Positions 38,951 through 51,723 of a DNA stretch of 64,000 nucleotides are shown piece after piece. Each line of letters starts with the position of its first letter. Position 1 is the stretch's first letter. A program made the position numbers and the translations under genes. The notes below the pieces were generated by a model, which saw nothing but the letters and a program-made list of their open reading frames with translations, was not told the origin of the DNA and searched no databases. Source of the DNA: Amoebophrya sp. A120 (taxonomy: Eukaryota; Protista; Dinoflagellata); the NCBI GenBank assembly GCA_905178155.1, contig CAJINV010000002.1, forward strand, positions 13,026,480 to 13,090,479, written 5' to 3'.

Positions 38951-41900
38951 ATGGATAGAAACGTATATGATCCTAGCGCTGCCTCCAGACTTCGAGACGA
39001 AATGGTGTCGCAGTTTCTTGATTTCGATTCCGGAATCCGCCCTCACGAGAGAGATGAGAACCGTCTGACCGAGCGCCTGAAATACGAGAATCCCAGCTTA
39101 TCCGAAGAAGACAGGCATGTCTTTGTTTCCAAGGAGATGGAATATATTTCGGAACGGACGAAAGAAGCAACTCAGATGGTCGAGAGGCAAATCCGCGAAG
39201 TGGCCCTTCGGACAGCCGGGCGGGACCGCGAGGATGTCTTCCCCTGCAGTGATGCCGTTAGCGTGGCGCAAACATTTTGGAAGTTGCCGATGCGGGGAAA
39301 GGGCCCGCCGGGGTCGTCTCTTCTCGGCGAATTTTGGCGGGCAAATGAGCTGACCTGGACATGGAAAGACGCCGCTGGGGTCGTGCTTGAGAGGCGCCGC
39401 TTTTTTGTGCCGTTCCTCTCGCAGCAGGCCGGACCTGGTCAGGACGAGACCGGAGTTTGGCATCCGCGCTACGTGCTGGGAGACGATCAGCTTGAAGTGG
39501 CCACGCCACGAATTATTCCGGTCGAAGTCAAGGTCAACGGGCTGCGACTTCCGAATGATGTCTTTGTGGGCGAGGACTCCTTGTTCTATGCGCGTGAATG
39601 GTACACGAGTCGGACGACATTTTTGGAAGTCCTTCGCAGCTACGTGCTGGGGATTCCGCTGCGGCCAGACCACGCCCACTTCCGCGGGTTCGACCCTAGC
39701 AAACGCCGGTTTCCGCAAGGTGCAGAACTCAGCCAGCCGCTCGAGGACGCCCTGCAAGAAATCGAGAATCGCGAATTTTTCGTCGTTGCTCGGGAGTCGG
39801 ACACCGGATCGCCGACAGATAGCAAGAAGCGCAGCTGTGCTCCCTTCTGCTTCCGAAAGAAACGAAACCAAGTTCCTGTCGACTTGTCGGGTGTTGGCAC
39901 GCTGGAGATCCGCACAACAAGCTTCTCCCACGATGCAGACGACGTGGCCGGCTTTACAACGCCGAGTAGTCGCGATCTGATTGAAGAGTTCCAGCAGAAC
40001 TCCAACGAGGAGAAGTTTGTGGTCTACCACTGGTTTCTCTCGCTGTCCCCCGCGCTCTTCCCCAAAAGGAACGCTCCAGGCGCGGCGCCGGCATCGCATC
40101 AGGTGTGGGGTAGATTCGTTAGAGGTACAAACACGGGCGGTCAACAACCCAGGGGCGGAGCCGTATCGTCGTTCAACGTGGAGGGGCCCGGGATTCTGAC
40201 GACTCAAGACGAATTTGGCGTGTCGTATTCTCACAGCCCTGCGTGCTTGCAGGAAACTTCGCCGGAAGGGAGTCGATCAATCACCTACTCCGTCCCCTCT
40301 GAACGGGAGTACGACGTGAGGCAAAGTCAGAACATGCCTCCTATGGACGTTTGCGAGCGTATATGCCTTCAACATTTCAGTTTGCAGGAACCGGCGCTGC
40401 TAAAATGGAGTTCCAATTTTCGGTTCATTTACAACAATACGCGAGCGCCGTGGTGCCAATGTCTCGCAAGTCGGCCGTCCTTAGAGTGCACTACGTGGCA
40501 GCAGCGGTCATGTGATACGTGCACAGCCAGGACCGTAGTCGCATTGCAAACTGGAGACCTCGTGATCATGAAGCACCCAGCTGCCACTGCGGGAGAAAGT
40601 GTACTATACGACGACTCAGTGCGGCGATGGCGAGGCGGCATCGGAGAAGATCTTCGGAGCCTCAGTGTCCAAAAAGGCGAATGGGAGACGATTAAACCCG
40701 GACGGCTCGGCCGTGTTCTGGAAGTCTCCGCGGCACAGGTGCGCGTGCAGTTTGTCGGCTTCGACAGTGAGCATTTGATTTTCCCACCACAAATGCCAGA
40801 CACGCGTAGCGGCGTCCTCTTATCGTGGCAGTGGTTCAGATCTGCGTCTCAGGTACCTCTGCGAAAAATTGACACTTCGAAGGGAATTCGCCTGCACAAT
40901 TTTCCGTCTGTGCATCTCAACGGGCTCTTCGTACCAACCGCGGTGCGCTCCTACGCATCCGTGGACACATACAGCACCAGGTTCGGCAGAGACGGTCTTC
41001 GTCTCGTGTTTACGTGTGATGGCTGGTGGGAACTGCTCGAGTCGAACATGAATGGTATTCAGCCTGATTCTGTTGAAGTACAGGAAACAATTATAGAAGA
41101 GTACTCGAGGGAGGCGCGCCGGGCTGATGGAGACTCTTGGTGTGCCGCCCGCCGTGCGGAGGATGATGGGAGGCCTCTTTACCGGCACGAGGACCGCTCC
41201 TCCAAGCTGGTAGCCGTCGGCAAGCGGTCGAGCCGAAGAACGCAGTTTTCTGTCCCCGAAAGTGCACGTTATGAAAACCATAATTCAGGCAAACGAAAGG
41301 AAGAGTGGACGTTACTGAGCCGTCCTCTGCGTTTTGACAAACATACCAGATCTTTTTTCATTTCCAACCGCGATGAAAAAGAAGTTGCCAAGGGTGATCA
41401 TCTCTCTCGAGAGTGGATTCCGACTCCTGCCGACGTTATCTCGTGGGAATGTGTGGACTACCACACAGAGCCTGTGCAGGACAGACAAAACCAAGCATCG
41501 TCTCCGGTGGATGGAGACCGCCTGGAGGCTGAGCACTGTCCGCGCGCCGTCGCTTCGATTTTTGGCGACCTGGTTTATCGTTCTAACCCCGAATGGACGC
41601 AGCCGGCTGCGCTACAGCTCCGTATTGGACGCCGCTCGAGCATGTTTCACCCAGTTTGGGGGCAAAGCTCGGAAGAACTCCAAAAAGAAATCATCGACAC
41701 GGGCCGCACCCAGCAATCACTGCTGCACCAGAGAGCGAAACGTCTGGAAGAACAAAACTCCCCGAAAGAGGAGCGCGAGGTAAACATAATATCTAAGTAC
41801 CATCGTTACAATTATTTGTCTTGGCCTTTTGACAACTATTTGTCTTCGGAAGGCACAGATCGCTTGACGGGTTTCTCTCGGCGCTTGTCGCGAGAATTCA

Positions 41901-42415
41901 TACCTTTCGTGAGTTCAAACGCGGCTAGCGGTGGCCCCTACCATTTTTACAAAAGTGGGCTGGGAGAGCACTCTCTCAATGCAGCACCTCGCGAATTTGA
42001 CCGGGTCCTTTTACCCCACGAAAACCGTGCAGAGGAGAAAAGGAAGGTTGTTGTCGCCCAGTCGCAAGCAAGCGAGGCCAGGGCAGCTGTTTCCACTTGT
42101 GCCGGCGTGTATACCATGCAGTCCGCAGCGTACACACGGCTGGTTCTGGAGGAGCTCAAAAAAAGCGTCAATATTGCTTTTGCCAAGGAGCCGACTATAT
42201 GGAGGCAAGACAGTAATATTTCTGGAGCTCGTGAGGACGACCAGTGCGTTCTCTTTACGGACCACAGCAGGGAAGAATATTATGACTTACGCAAAAAAAA
42301 GCCTGGCCATCTGCACCGCCGGAACAGCACTACCAAAAGCTTTAGCCCTTGGCAGATATGCATGGTTTTGTCAGTCTCCCCGGCCTCCGGCGGGCGGGAT
42401 TCTTGGGCATTCTGA
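38951..42415 (+). CDS. Large internal exon of unknown function with a Cys-rich patch and an SH3-like beta-rich stretch
   Basis: 1154-codon ORF containing CERICLQ...WCQCLASRPSLEC and GDLVIMK...GRVLEVSAAQVRVQF. Confidence 0.75.
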   Translation: MDRNVYDPSAASRLRDEMVSQFLDFDSGIRPHERDENRLTERLKYENPSLSEEDRHVFVSKEMEYISERTKEATQMVERQIREVALRTAGRDREDVFPCSDAVSVAQTFWKLPMRGKGPPGSSLLGEFWRANELTWTWKDAAGVVLERRRFFVPFLSQQAGPGQDETGVWHPRYVLGDDQLEVATPRIIPVEVKVNGLRLPNDVFVGEDSLFYAREWYTSRTTFLEVLRSYVLGIPLRPDHAHFRGFDPSKRRFPQGAELSQPLEDALQEIENREFFVVARESDTGSPTDSKKRSCAPFCFRKKRNQVPVDLSGVGTLEIRTTSFSHDADDVAGFTTPSSRDLIEEFQQNSNEEKFVVYHWFLSLSPALFPKRNAPGAAPASHQVWGRFVRGTNTGGQQPRGGAVSSFNVEGPGILTTQDEFGVSYSHSPACLQETSPEGSRSITYSVPSEREYDVRQSQNMPPMDVCERICLQHFSLQEPALLKWSSNFRFIYNNTRAPWCQCLASRPSLECTTWQQRSCDTCTARTVVALQTGDLVIMKHPAATAGESVLYDDSVRRWRGGIGEDLRSLSVQKGEWETIKPGRLGRVLEVSAAQVRVQFVGFDSEHLIFPPQMPDTRSGVLLSWQWFRSASQVPLRKIDTSKGIRLHNFPSVHLNGLFVPTAVRSYASVDTYSTRFGRDGLRLVFTCDGWWELLESNMNGIQPDSVEVQETIIEEYSREARRADGDSWCAARRAEDDGRPLYRHEDRSSKLVAVGKRSSRRTQFSVPESARYENHNSGKRKEEWTLLSRPLRFDKHTRSFFISNRDEKEVAKGDHLSREWIPTPADVISWECVDYHTEPVQDRQNQASSPVDGDRLEAEHCPRAVASIFGDLVYRSNPEWTQPAALQLRIGRRSSMFHPVWGQSSEELQKEIIDTGRTQQSLLHQRAKRLEEQNSPKEEREVNIISKYHRYNYLSWPFDNYLSSEGTDRLTGFSRRLSREFIPFVSSNAASGGPYHFYKSGLGEHSLNAAPREFDRVLLPHENRAEEKRKVVVAQSQASEARAAVSTCAGVYTMQSAAYTRLVLEELKKSVNIAFAKEPTIWRQDSNISGAREDDQCVLFTDHSREEYYDLRKKKPGHLHRRNSTTKSFSPWQICMVLSVSPASGGRDSWAF

Positions 42416-42557
42416 ATGCTTCGCATTCAGAATATTTTTATTCCAAGTCGTCTCTATGCCGAGATCACCACCTTGGCAAACGTAAATGATATGTGCGGAG
42501 GGTCCCCTCGCCTTCCGTTTACGACTGTCTGGCTTTGATTGAAGCTGTTCAGGTGCG

Positions 42558-45500
42558 GTGCCCCTGGTTGCTTTTTCTTCGGCACAGAAAGCCGCAGAAG
42601 ACTGGTCCCTTCCCAACTGGCGCCTCTTTCAACTGTCGAAGGACGGAATCCATTTCGAAAGCGCAGAAACGAAAGAGAAACAGTCCCTGTACGGAATTGG
42701 CGCATGGTCCCGGTCGGAGAAACAAAATCTACCTTATAAAAATGCAAATGAGCCGGAAGAACGAGCCTCACACTTGCCACGAAAACACTTGGATGAGATG
42801 CATCGGTTGCACCAAGTGGCCCGGGCCAGATTCGACGGGGAGAAAAGGGAGTGGAAAGAGTGGCAGTTTCCTGCACTATGGCTATATCACAGCAAGCAAT
42901 ATCTGGCCCTTCCTAGCAAGGTAGAGCGAGCGGTGTTGAAGTCGTCCGCCGGGAATGATGATCGACCGCTCAGTGCATTGACCACGAGTGAATTCCTTGC
43001 CCAAATCCGGAAGGAACAGCTGCATCGAGTAGATGGCGGCTTGAGCATCAGTGCCTATGAGAGTCAGGTTTTTCTGGACGTGGTGTACGGCCAGAATAGC
43101 AACGACTTCGTAAAAACACCAACGGGCTCTTACGAGATTCTGATGGATTCGCCCATCTTGCAATCCATGTACGCGCACAGCGACCACTTATCGCAACAGC
43201 AGTGGTTGTAGGTCAAGGTTTCTATATCGAAGTGTCCAAAGCCAAAAACCGAATTTAATATCATCGGAATTTATTATCGAAGTGTCCAAAGCAATTTGCC
43301 GCCTATGTCATCGGATTCATTCTATTGATTGCTCGGCATCGTGAAAGGAATACTCGCAGCACGCCAGACTCAGGGTTACATATAAAGCGCGCTGCATCTC
43401 CGAGATGCAGACGCACATGCTTCATGGCGTAACGGAGACTCTTCATGCGAAGATGGGTATTGATGCCATAATTCTGGTGGTCTGTATGTAAAAATAGCTC
43501 CTTCGCAAATAAAAGTAGTGCACTTATTCTTTCTGCTGATTTGCTGTGTTGAAAAAGCACAGCTTTACGATACTGCAAGAGGAGACTTATTTGCAATTGG
43601 CCCGCGCGCGAACAAATCGAGAATGACTTACCTACGTGCTTCTGCTCTCCATAGTTCTTCCGAAGCCTGTACCTTGAGCCAGACCGGCCAAATCGTGGTG
43701 CATTCGCGGAACGCGAAGGACCACAATGGAATTGGAAGCAGAAGGGTGACATGTGCAACATGCAGCTGCTTTACCAAGGAAAAGGCCGTGGTGCGCCGGA
43801 TTTTCGATGCCGCCTGGACACGGTGATTCAGAAACTACATTTCGAAGCCGCGATGTTTTCCAACAATGTCGAGCTCGCCCCGCTTTCGAGCAATGAGTCG
43901 AAACATTTTTTCAGAAATATGCTCTACCACGCAATCGAGAGTCTCGTCACGCCGGCCTCTGGGCTCAGGGCAAAGCTTCTTCCTGTGGAGCCTGTTTTTC
44001 AGAATCCCTACACCATTTACGGAGCACACGAGACCATCGAAGTGTCTGCCCGCACGACCCTTACACACAAGTACATCGCAGGAAGAGACGGGGAAAGAGT
44101 ATACTTGACTTACAGCGAACTGTTGGCAGTGCTGGCTTCTCCGGCGGTTCTTCCTAGCTGCGTCGCGGCTTTCGACAAGCTTCCGTATGTGTGCCTGGCA
44201 TGGACGCTGCGGGAGCTGGCCGCCGTGATACCCTTTCGACCGCAGGGTGTGCAGACAAGCCGCGATGCTGAACAGGAGCGGACAGACCTTCCTAATTTGA
44301 CGCTACCACCGGAACTCGCGTACTTGAGTCAGGTCGGATTGGAACGCAACTTGCCACAGTATTCCGCTTCGGATCAAGGCGGCAGTGCTGCAAGGTACCT
44401 GCTGAAATTTGTGCACACAATCAATGCAAAACCGGACGAGGCGCCATCTCATCCGAAGAGCAGAGACAGAGCGCTAGGGGAGGTCCCTCGAAATTCTCCG
44501 AAGCAGGTCGAGGATTATTTTGCGAGCATCCGACCACGCGACGAAGAGGATCTGGATTCGTCCGAACTGCGGGAGTTGCGACGCCAAGCGGCTGCCAATG
44601 TTGCGTCCATGCTTCACAAAATGAACGACGTCAGAACAGGTTTAGGTTCCTCACATCAAAATATAAGATCACGCCAGGAATTACTTTCTCGGCTAGCTGC
44701 AGAGCGACGTAGAAGCTTCGGCTTCGCCAGTATGCGGGACCTATTGCACGCGCTGGCAGATGTCGCCGAGCGGGCGGGGCAGGTGCTCATTTCCATCTGG
44801 GATATTGCTGGAAATGCAGCAGGTGGTTGTTCGGGCTGTAGTAAGCGCGAGGTGCACGTTCCCTACAAGCGCCTGGTGACTCGCGGCTTGCTTTCCTACG
44901 ATGAACTGATGAGCCAAGCTCTTTCGCCTACCATCACTTCGGGAGCGTACGAACATTTCGCCACGAAGCTTTCATCCAGAGAGGAGAACCCATCTTTGGT
45001 GCCCGACTTTGCGGCCAAGGCACGCATACTAGCGGCAAATTACGATGTTGCGAAAGTGCAAACAAAATGTCTACAACTGAACAATGTATTTCTCTCTTCC
45101 CTAGAAATGGCTCAATTACATAATCAGTGCACTTTCTATGTGCAAGAGGCTCTGCGAGCATAGCAGAAATAGTACGTCGCGCAAATTTGTAATTGCATCT
45201 CGCGAAAGAAGAGGTACAGGATGTAGACCTTTTCCTAGTGATAGCTATGCGTTTTCAGCCAAATTGGAAAGTAGGCGATGGCTGTACAGAGCGTGTAAGG
45301 AGGAGCGCCGACGACTCGAATAGCTTCAGGTACCGTGGCGCCATGCAAAGCAGTGAACGTGCAGAGGCGCCTGACAGTAACCAAATGAGAACTTTTGCAG
45401 ACACCCTGGCGAAAAAAGGTCACTTCTCAGTAAAGTTTTGCAACTGCCTCGCTGGTAGCTTCTACCTTGTTCTTTTTGATATATAAACAAAGAATTCAAT

Positions 45501-45780
45501 TTGAAATTCCTCAACACGTCGCAAATTCGCTCAGGGTGTCGCGAGCTTTAATTTTGAGAATTCCTTGGTTTTCATTGCTGAGCAACTATGTCAATTCCAG
45601 ATTCGAAGATGGCGTTTCAAGGCATCCGGAAACGCTGCAGCGCATATGCAGCGAGCTGAGCTCTCTTGAACAGGTTGAAATTTGCGCGAGGCTTGTCATG
45701 GAGAACAATCTGCATAGTTCCGGCAATCCTGTTCGGGCGGTTCTCGGCGACGAATCAGACAACGAGCTTTATCTGGATGA
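42558..45780 (+). CDS. Further exons of the large protein
   Basis: ORFs 42558..43211, 43751..45163, 45193..45486 and 45467..45967 (5' part). A GC-AG junction at repeat AAGAGG joins YVQE-VQDVDL. Confidence 0.6.
43225..43292. repeat. 18-bp direct repeat, two copies 50 bp apart, intronic
   Basis: TATCGAAGTGTCCAAAGC at 43225-43242 and 43275-43292. Confidence 0.85.
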
Positions 45781-45886
45781 AAAATGCTGTGTGAATCCGC
45801 TTGCATCTGTGCGCCTCTCAGTTTCCTTGCAGTTATTTGCTTCCTCGAGTGCAGTACTTACTACTACCTCGTCCAAATGCCCATTA

Positions 45887-47120
45887 TCTATAATACTATT
45901 CAAAAAATTCTGGCGGGCGGGGGGGTGCAAGCTACTAGTAGGAATCCTACTAGTGGAAAGCTGCTAGTAGAAAAACGGCTACTAGTAGAAATCCTGCTAG
46001 TGTTTTTAGCGTCACAAAAAGCCGCGACCGGTACTAGTGACAGGGGCCACTAGTGAGGGCGCCCACTAGTGGAGCCACTAGTGACAAAAAGCCCGATTTT
46101 GGGGAAGCGGAAACACTAGTGAGAAACACTAGCGAGAAAGCCCGCCAAATTGGGAAACTCGCTGGGAGGGCCCCTGGGGCCGAGGCGCCCGCTGCCCGGC
46201 CCCCAGGTGGCCTGCGAACCTGCCTGCCGTGGTCCGGGCCCTTGGCATTGGCTTAGATGCCTGGCGGTTCGCGTTTGGCTGCCCCAGGCTGAAGCCGCTC
46301 TGCTTTGTGGCGCCCCGTCCCCTTCCACCTCTGTTGCGAGCGATTTGGCGCCAGTTTGCGCCTTCTCTGCCGCCTGTTGCTCTGCAGGCCGGGCTCGCTT
46401 GGTCGCGTTCGGACTGCCGACGAACCACGGGGGCTCTTCGGCCGCGCCGGGGCTGCCTGATTTTGCCTCTTTGGATTGCCGAGCGTGTTTCCGGTTTCTG
46501 TGGATTGCCGCTCCTTGCTTTGGATTGCCGAGCGTGTTTTCGGTTATTCTTTGCGGCCCGCCTGCTCCTTCTCCTTTCGCTTCCAGCGCTTTTTGCCTCG
46601 TCCCCGGCCATTGGTGGGCTTTCACTTTGGCCTGCTTGTTGTTTTTTTTGGCCTGTCTCGTTTCTAGGAAGAGCCACACGCAGCGGCCCCCCTGCCTTTC
46701 CGCCGCGGCCCTGCCTGCTCCTGTGCTTTATTTTTCCCTGGTGTTGGCCGTGTTTCTTGTCTTTCGGCCGTCGGCGCGCTCTTTTCGATCTCTTTCCTGT
46801 GACTAAGTAGCCTCCCGGGCCGTCGAAAAGGGTCTGGACACGCTCTCCGCCGGACCTGTTTGTGGCGGCTCGGACAGGGGCTGCGCTGTGCGCCCCCTAC
46901 CGCCCCTTGCGCCTCGCGGCCTTCTCTCTACTCACTCTTCTTGCGCTCCCGCTGACCGAGGGAGGAATGCCAGGGGCGCTCCCGTTTTTTTTTCGCCTGT
47001 CGCGCCAGCATGGTTTGAGGCTGTAGCGCTAGGCGTTACCCTGTAGGCCCTTTCTCCCTCGCTCCCCCTTGCACCCCCTCGTCGCCGGGCCGGCGGGCGC
47101 GGAGCGACCGCCCGTTCTAG
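45887..47120 (+). mobile_element. Non-autonomous Helitron-like element, copy B, inside an intron
   Basis: Starts A|TCTATAATACTATT, has about 11 CTAG(T) repeats at 45931-46133 and a GC-rich body, and ends in hairpin CGGGCG..CGCCCG (47094-47114) then TT-CTAG. Flanked by a 29-bp duplication (45858-45886 / 47122-47150, one mismatch). Confidence 0.7.
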
Positions 47121-47206
47121 ATTACTACTACCTCGTCCAAATGCCCAATAAAAGAATGTGAGTAGATACATGATGAATTGGCTGGCCCAATTCTCCCCCG
47201 GATCCT

Positions 47207-50200
47207 TTTATGCAGAACTGTGCGCGTGGGCTTGCAGCAGCTGGCCTGCCGTATACAGAAAATCAGAGAGGTATGATCGACTGCGCCTAGTGCATCATGC
47301 GCATATAGACGATAATACACCGTCCGGCGCAAAGATGCAAGCGAGCGATAAAGCTGCGGCTTCGTCTTGATAATGCTCGCGTTGTAGCTTCCGAGCCGAG
47401 TTTTCCCGAAAAATGCAACAGCTCTAGATGTTGTAATCGGAAAGATGGCGAAGTAGGCGACTTGAGTGACAACTACTCCAACCGACTTTCCGTCGAATGT
47501 CCGACGGGATGCCAATTTCCAACAGCGGACGGCGTTTTCCTCCTATACGCTCCATCTGGAGGAGTCGCAACTCAGACGGATTTTCGCGTTCCCGTTTCTC
47601 CGCAAAACGCATGGACAGCCGAGAGCTTGGAGCTGGGCAACGCTGAACCCTTCGACCTCGCCGTGCAGGCAACCTGGGCCGCGGGGGTGGGTTGGACCGT
47701 GCAAGACCACCCCTTGCTTCGAGTTCAACTAGAGAACGCTCTTGCGTCGCTGCTTCGGGTTTCGGTGGAAACAATCGACGAACATGGCTACCGAGTCCTG
47801 GTCCGTGGTACGTCAGTGTTCGGAAATAGAAGACAAGTGGATGACAACGAGCCTAAAGAAGTGAAGTCGCCACTACAAGCCTGTTCTCCATCGGCATTGA
47901 GTACGTGCTGGAACGCCTTGCGGCCGGGGGACGAGCTGGTGTTTCAGTGGGCAGGCCCTGGCGTCCACGTGCAGGTGCCCATCGTCCTAAACTACGGCGA
48001 AATAAACTCTACAGGTGAAGAAGCGACCCCGCACGTAACCTACGTTCCGTTCCCTTTAGAGAGCCCATTCAGGCCGGCTCGTCTAGGGTCAGAGCGGCCG
48101 CCCGCGCTCGAAGATTTTCGATCGGCGCTTGCTACTGCAAGCACGGACATTCAGCAACATCCACAACTGCTTCCGATGCTGAACTTGAACGAAGGCCGCA
48201 TGAATAGGTTGCTGAGTGCGTCCGCGCCGCGGGTAAACGCAGTCGATTTTGCACTCTGGGAGCCGCCGCTCACGGCACCAATCATGCTGAACCTCTCGTC
48301 GTCGCACGACGACAACGCCAGCAGTGGGACTTCGGCGGTGCACCTGCAGTTTTATCGTCCCACGACATTCTCGATGGCGACGGCGCACGGGCCAACAAGA
48401 CGCCCGCCAGGGGTTTCCGACTCAGTGCTGGCGACGTTCCAAACTGTACAGCTTCGAACTCGCGTCACATGGCATGAACTTGCTGAAAGCAAGCAGAGCC
48501 TCGTCCGGCAGGCGTGCGCGCGCCTGTCTGACTTTGTCGGTGCTGGCCATGGAGTGCCAGAGGACCGGTGTTCGGGACCCAGCCAAGTAGTCACTTCCGA
48601 CGCTGAGATCCGCCGGCTCGCGGACGACATTGAAATTTGGCAAACACAGCAGCACCAGGGTGAGGCGCAACTTGTGCAGCTAACGGAGACGAGCCTGCCG
48701 TGGCTCTTCGCGGATGGCGAGGAGCTGTCTGTCACGTTTCCGCCCCGTGCAGACGACGCGAAGAAGCCTTTTTTTATGTCGTTCGCTCTGGCAGTGGAAG
48801 GAAAGGAGGACGCAGCCGCAACAGCACAGAACGCACTCGGCGCCTCCACCTCCACCGCGAGTACGTGGAACGAGTTGGCATCGTTCCCCGTTCCTGTGAA
48901 ACAGCTAGAGGCGCCGCTTGCGGCCGGAACACCAGTAACTGTAAGCAATCCAGCAAGAACTCTGTCACAAGCTGTGGACGACATGTGGCTGACCGCTCTT
49001 GCGGATGAAGTGTTACGCGCAGCTGCTTCATCAGAAGCGCAACAGCAGACGCTTGACTCGTTCGTCGCATTGCACGCAGTGGCGAGAGCTAACTTTCTGT
49101 CCGAAACACGGAAGCGAAAGCGAGAAGAGGAATGCGCGCCAGAGAAAGACGGTGGTGAAGGCACCGTCAGCCCTAGTGGTGACTCTACTGCTTCAAGGCC
49201 TTCCTTGGACCACCGTGCGCTTTTGGTGCAGACGGTAAAGAAGTGCTCTGTCAGAACGGAAAACCCCATCTGCGAAATCCTGCTGCATCGGCAGACGATT
49301 CCGAGCTCGGCGTCTGCAACTCCGCAACAAGCAGCAACGGAGACTCGCGTGCGCATGGGAGAGAACGTAGCAATCGTTGCGGGTGATACTGTATCGCAAT
49401 GAACCAAAATACTGCAACCACCCAGCACGTTCGCTTCGGAGGCAGACTAATTCAGGGCACAGAAAGACGACGGCATTAAACAAACAAATTCGTATATTTC
49501 GACAAATAAAAACAAATCATAAGCGACGCTCATGACACTGTTTCAAACAAAAGTACTTGTAACGATATAGTTATAGAACAAGTTTTGCATTAGCATTCAT
49601 GCATTGCTGTGTCTTTCACCTTTCGTCGGATTTACGGCGACGCCGGGCCTGAATTAAAGATGCCATTTATCCGCTTCGCGGGGAACTGCACTAGGTGTGG
49701 AGGTTTCCTCCATCGTGATACGACATCAGTGTCCGTATTCGGGCTGAAGCCCTGCGGAAGGCCAGTGCCCAGGCTATTACCGAATTGGAGCAAGAGGTCG
49801 AGAAGATCGAGAAGGGAGAGGAGCAATGCACTGCAAGCAGCGGGGCAGTTTTCTTCCAACTGACACGCGCACGGATCTCAACTGCGATTCTTCCTTCGCT
49901 GGTGGACCGCGAACACGGTATCCACAGAGTGTGGGCGCTTTTGTGGCGACTCTTCGACACTGTCTTTGCTGACTACCCCTTGTGGCGAGGTTCGATAGAT
50001 GCAATGACCCCATTTCTGTCATTCATGTTGTTTCTACCCGGCTTCGCAGCGAGCCTGATGCACCTCTGCTTCTCGTGCGAACGCAAGCTGCAGCTTGAGA
50101 AGTCATCTGCCACCGCGATTGGACAACTGCTCTCCTCCGCGGGATCCCTGGACGGCGCACATGAAAAGCGCCTTCTTGAGGAAACAGCGGCTTCTGAGCA

Positions 50201-50528
50201 GAACGGTGAATCTTCCTTATTCAAGCGCTTCCAGCTCACACTATCCCGGCTGCGACACAGAAGCCGTCTGCGAATCGCCTTCACAAAGCTTAGTGCCCTA
50301 ATGGAAGAGTCCGAAGAAGAACACGTTGCGCCGCCCAAAGGGGGGGGCGCGCCGCCAGATAATTCAGTTGCACGGACAAAGACGACGGAGGTGGAGGGAC
50401 TCATTGGTCTTTTCCCTACCCTTATTTCCGGCCTCGTGGGTTTGCTGGTCGTTCTTGCACGCTATCCAAATGAATACAGGTCGGACCTTGTAGCCAATCT
50501 TTGTGATGTGGTTCTGGCTCAATTGTAG
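47207..50528 (+). CDS. Exons of unknown function (47207-47370, 47462..49402, about 49719-50528)
   Basis: Long protein-like ORFs. The in-frame repeat TTTAT (45768/47207) joins DNELY-AELCAW across the intron that holds the Helitron-like copy B. Confidence 0.65.
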
Positions 50529-50770
50529 AAAAAAAAACAGACTCGCAACGCTAGATAGATGTGTAGTGCACCATGGAGGACAAGAGAGCCATCGGCTCTT
50601 CTAATACAGGATAATGTAGTACGATCTGTAGTGAGCAATTGCACCACACCGGACTGATGCATAACAGAGATTAGCACTGGCCGAGCTTTGCACTTCATAT
50701 TCTGCAGTCCGCCAATAGCGGGGCTCCCTCAGTTTATGCGGAGTTTCGCACAGGACCCGTTTTTGCTGCG

Positions 50771-51723
50771 TTGAAGTTTGTGTGCGAAACGGAAGCCCGT
50801 TTTGAGCCGCACGCACGCCTGCACGCGTTTGCCGTTTTTGAGCACGAAGCCGTCGGCGACCTCGTTGCCGAAACCAAGCTTCGAAAGTTACACGTAAGCA
50901 TTCTGCGGGAGCACGAAGCGAGGGTGAAAAAGGAAGCGGATGCGCAAAACTCCGAGAAAGGTTCCAGCACGAAATTCCCAGCGGCGGACGAAGAAGAAAA
51001 CACGGACTTTCTGAAGACGCACTGGTCTTCTGTGTGGGAATTGCTAGCGAAAGGCTCAGCTGCAGCGCCGGCCTGCAATCAGCCCCCCCAGCAAAGTGCC
51101 CAAAGTGCTGGCACAGACGGGGTTCATGTCGGTGCGCAACGTCTTGCCAGCGACTTCCTGGTAATTCGTCTTGCTGATTCTGCTACACCAGGAGATCCCC
51201 AGGCCAGTTTCCGCGCGATTGCCGACCAGCTTTTGCGTCTGCGAGTACTTCTAGACGAAAAGGAGAACCTGACAACTTCGGAAGAAGAGGTGTTGGCCTC
51301 ACTGCAGTTCCCGGAGGAGCTCGAGCACGCGGCACGCACGCTTCGGGCCCAAGCGGTGCAGGGTCTCCGGGTCCGGCATCACGCCAACATAGAGACGCTG
51401 AACGATATGGATTCCAGCGGTGCATTGGATGCACAAAGTTTGCAGGCACTGGCAGAGGACATGCCCGGGATCCAATTTGTTGTGTGGGAGGCGGATGGTG
51501 ACCAGGTGCCGAGGAAGTGGCGCGTCGCCGAGGCGAAGCATTCCCCTTCGGTACCCGTTTCCCAGGATAAGAAACCTTTCCAGGTCTACCTGTTGCGCGA
51601 GCTGCCAGTCGGTGCGGAAAAAGTGGTGCACCACTCTGCAGTTCTGCTGCCGGAGGCCGAGCGGCGCGAACAAATCGGAGGTCAGCAAGCACACTGTGGT
51701 CCGACGCGCACGTGGTGGATGTG
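50771..51723 (+). CDS. Exon with a degenerate, probably inactive OTU-like domain
   Basis: PGDPQASFRAIADQL..LRAQAV..LQALA..IQFVVW..VYL..HHSAVL follows the OTU pattern DGxCxFRA..QL..LR..HY but lacks the catalytic Cys. Confidence 0.55.

Noticed and set aside
39098-40234. Long minus-strand ORFs (378 aa here; also 48352..49428 and 22854..23726)
   Set aside because: They are antisense shadows of long + strand exons.
43225-43292. Possible mini-CRISPR (18-bp repeat with 32-bp spacer)
   Set aside because: There are only two short repeats, they lie in an intron, no cas genes are present, and the context is eukaryotic. A local duplication is more likely.
46053-47171. Overlapping ORFs inside the Helitron-like copy B (and likewise at 30749-31707)
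   Set aside because: Same GC-composition artefact, with no Rep or helicase motifs.
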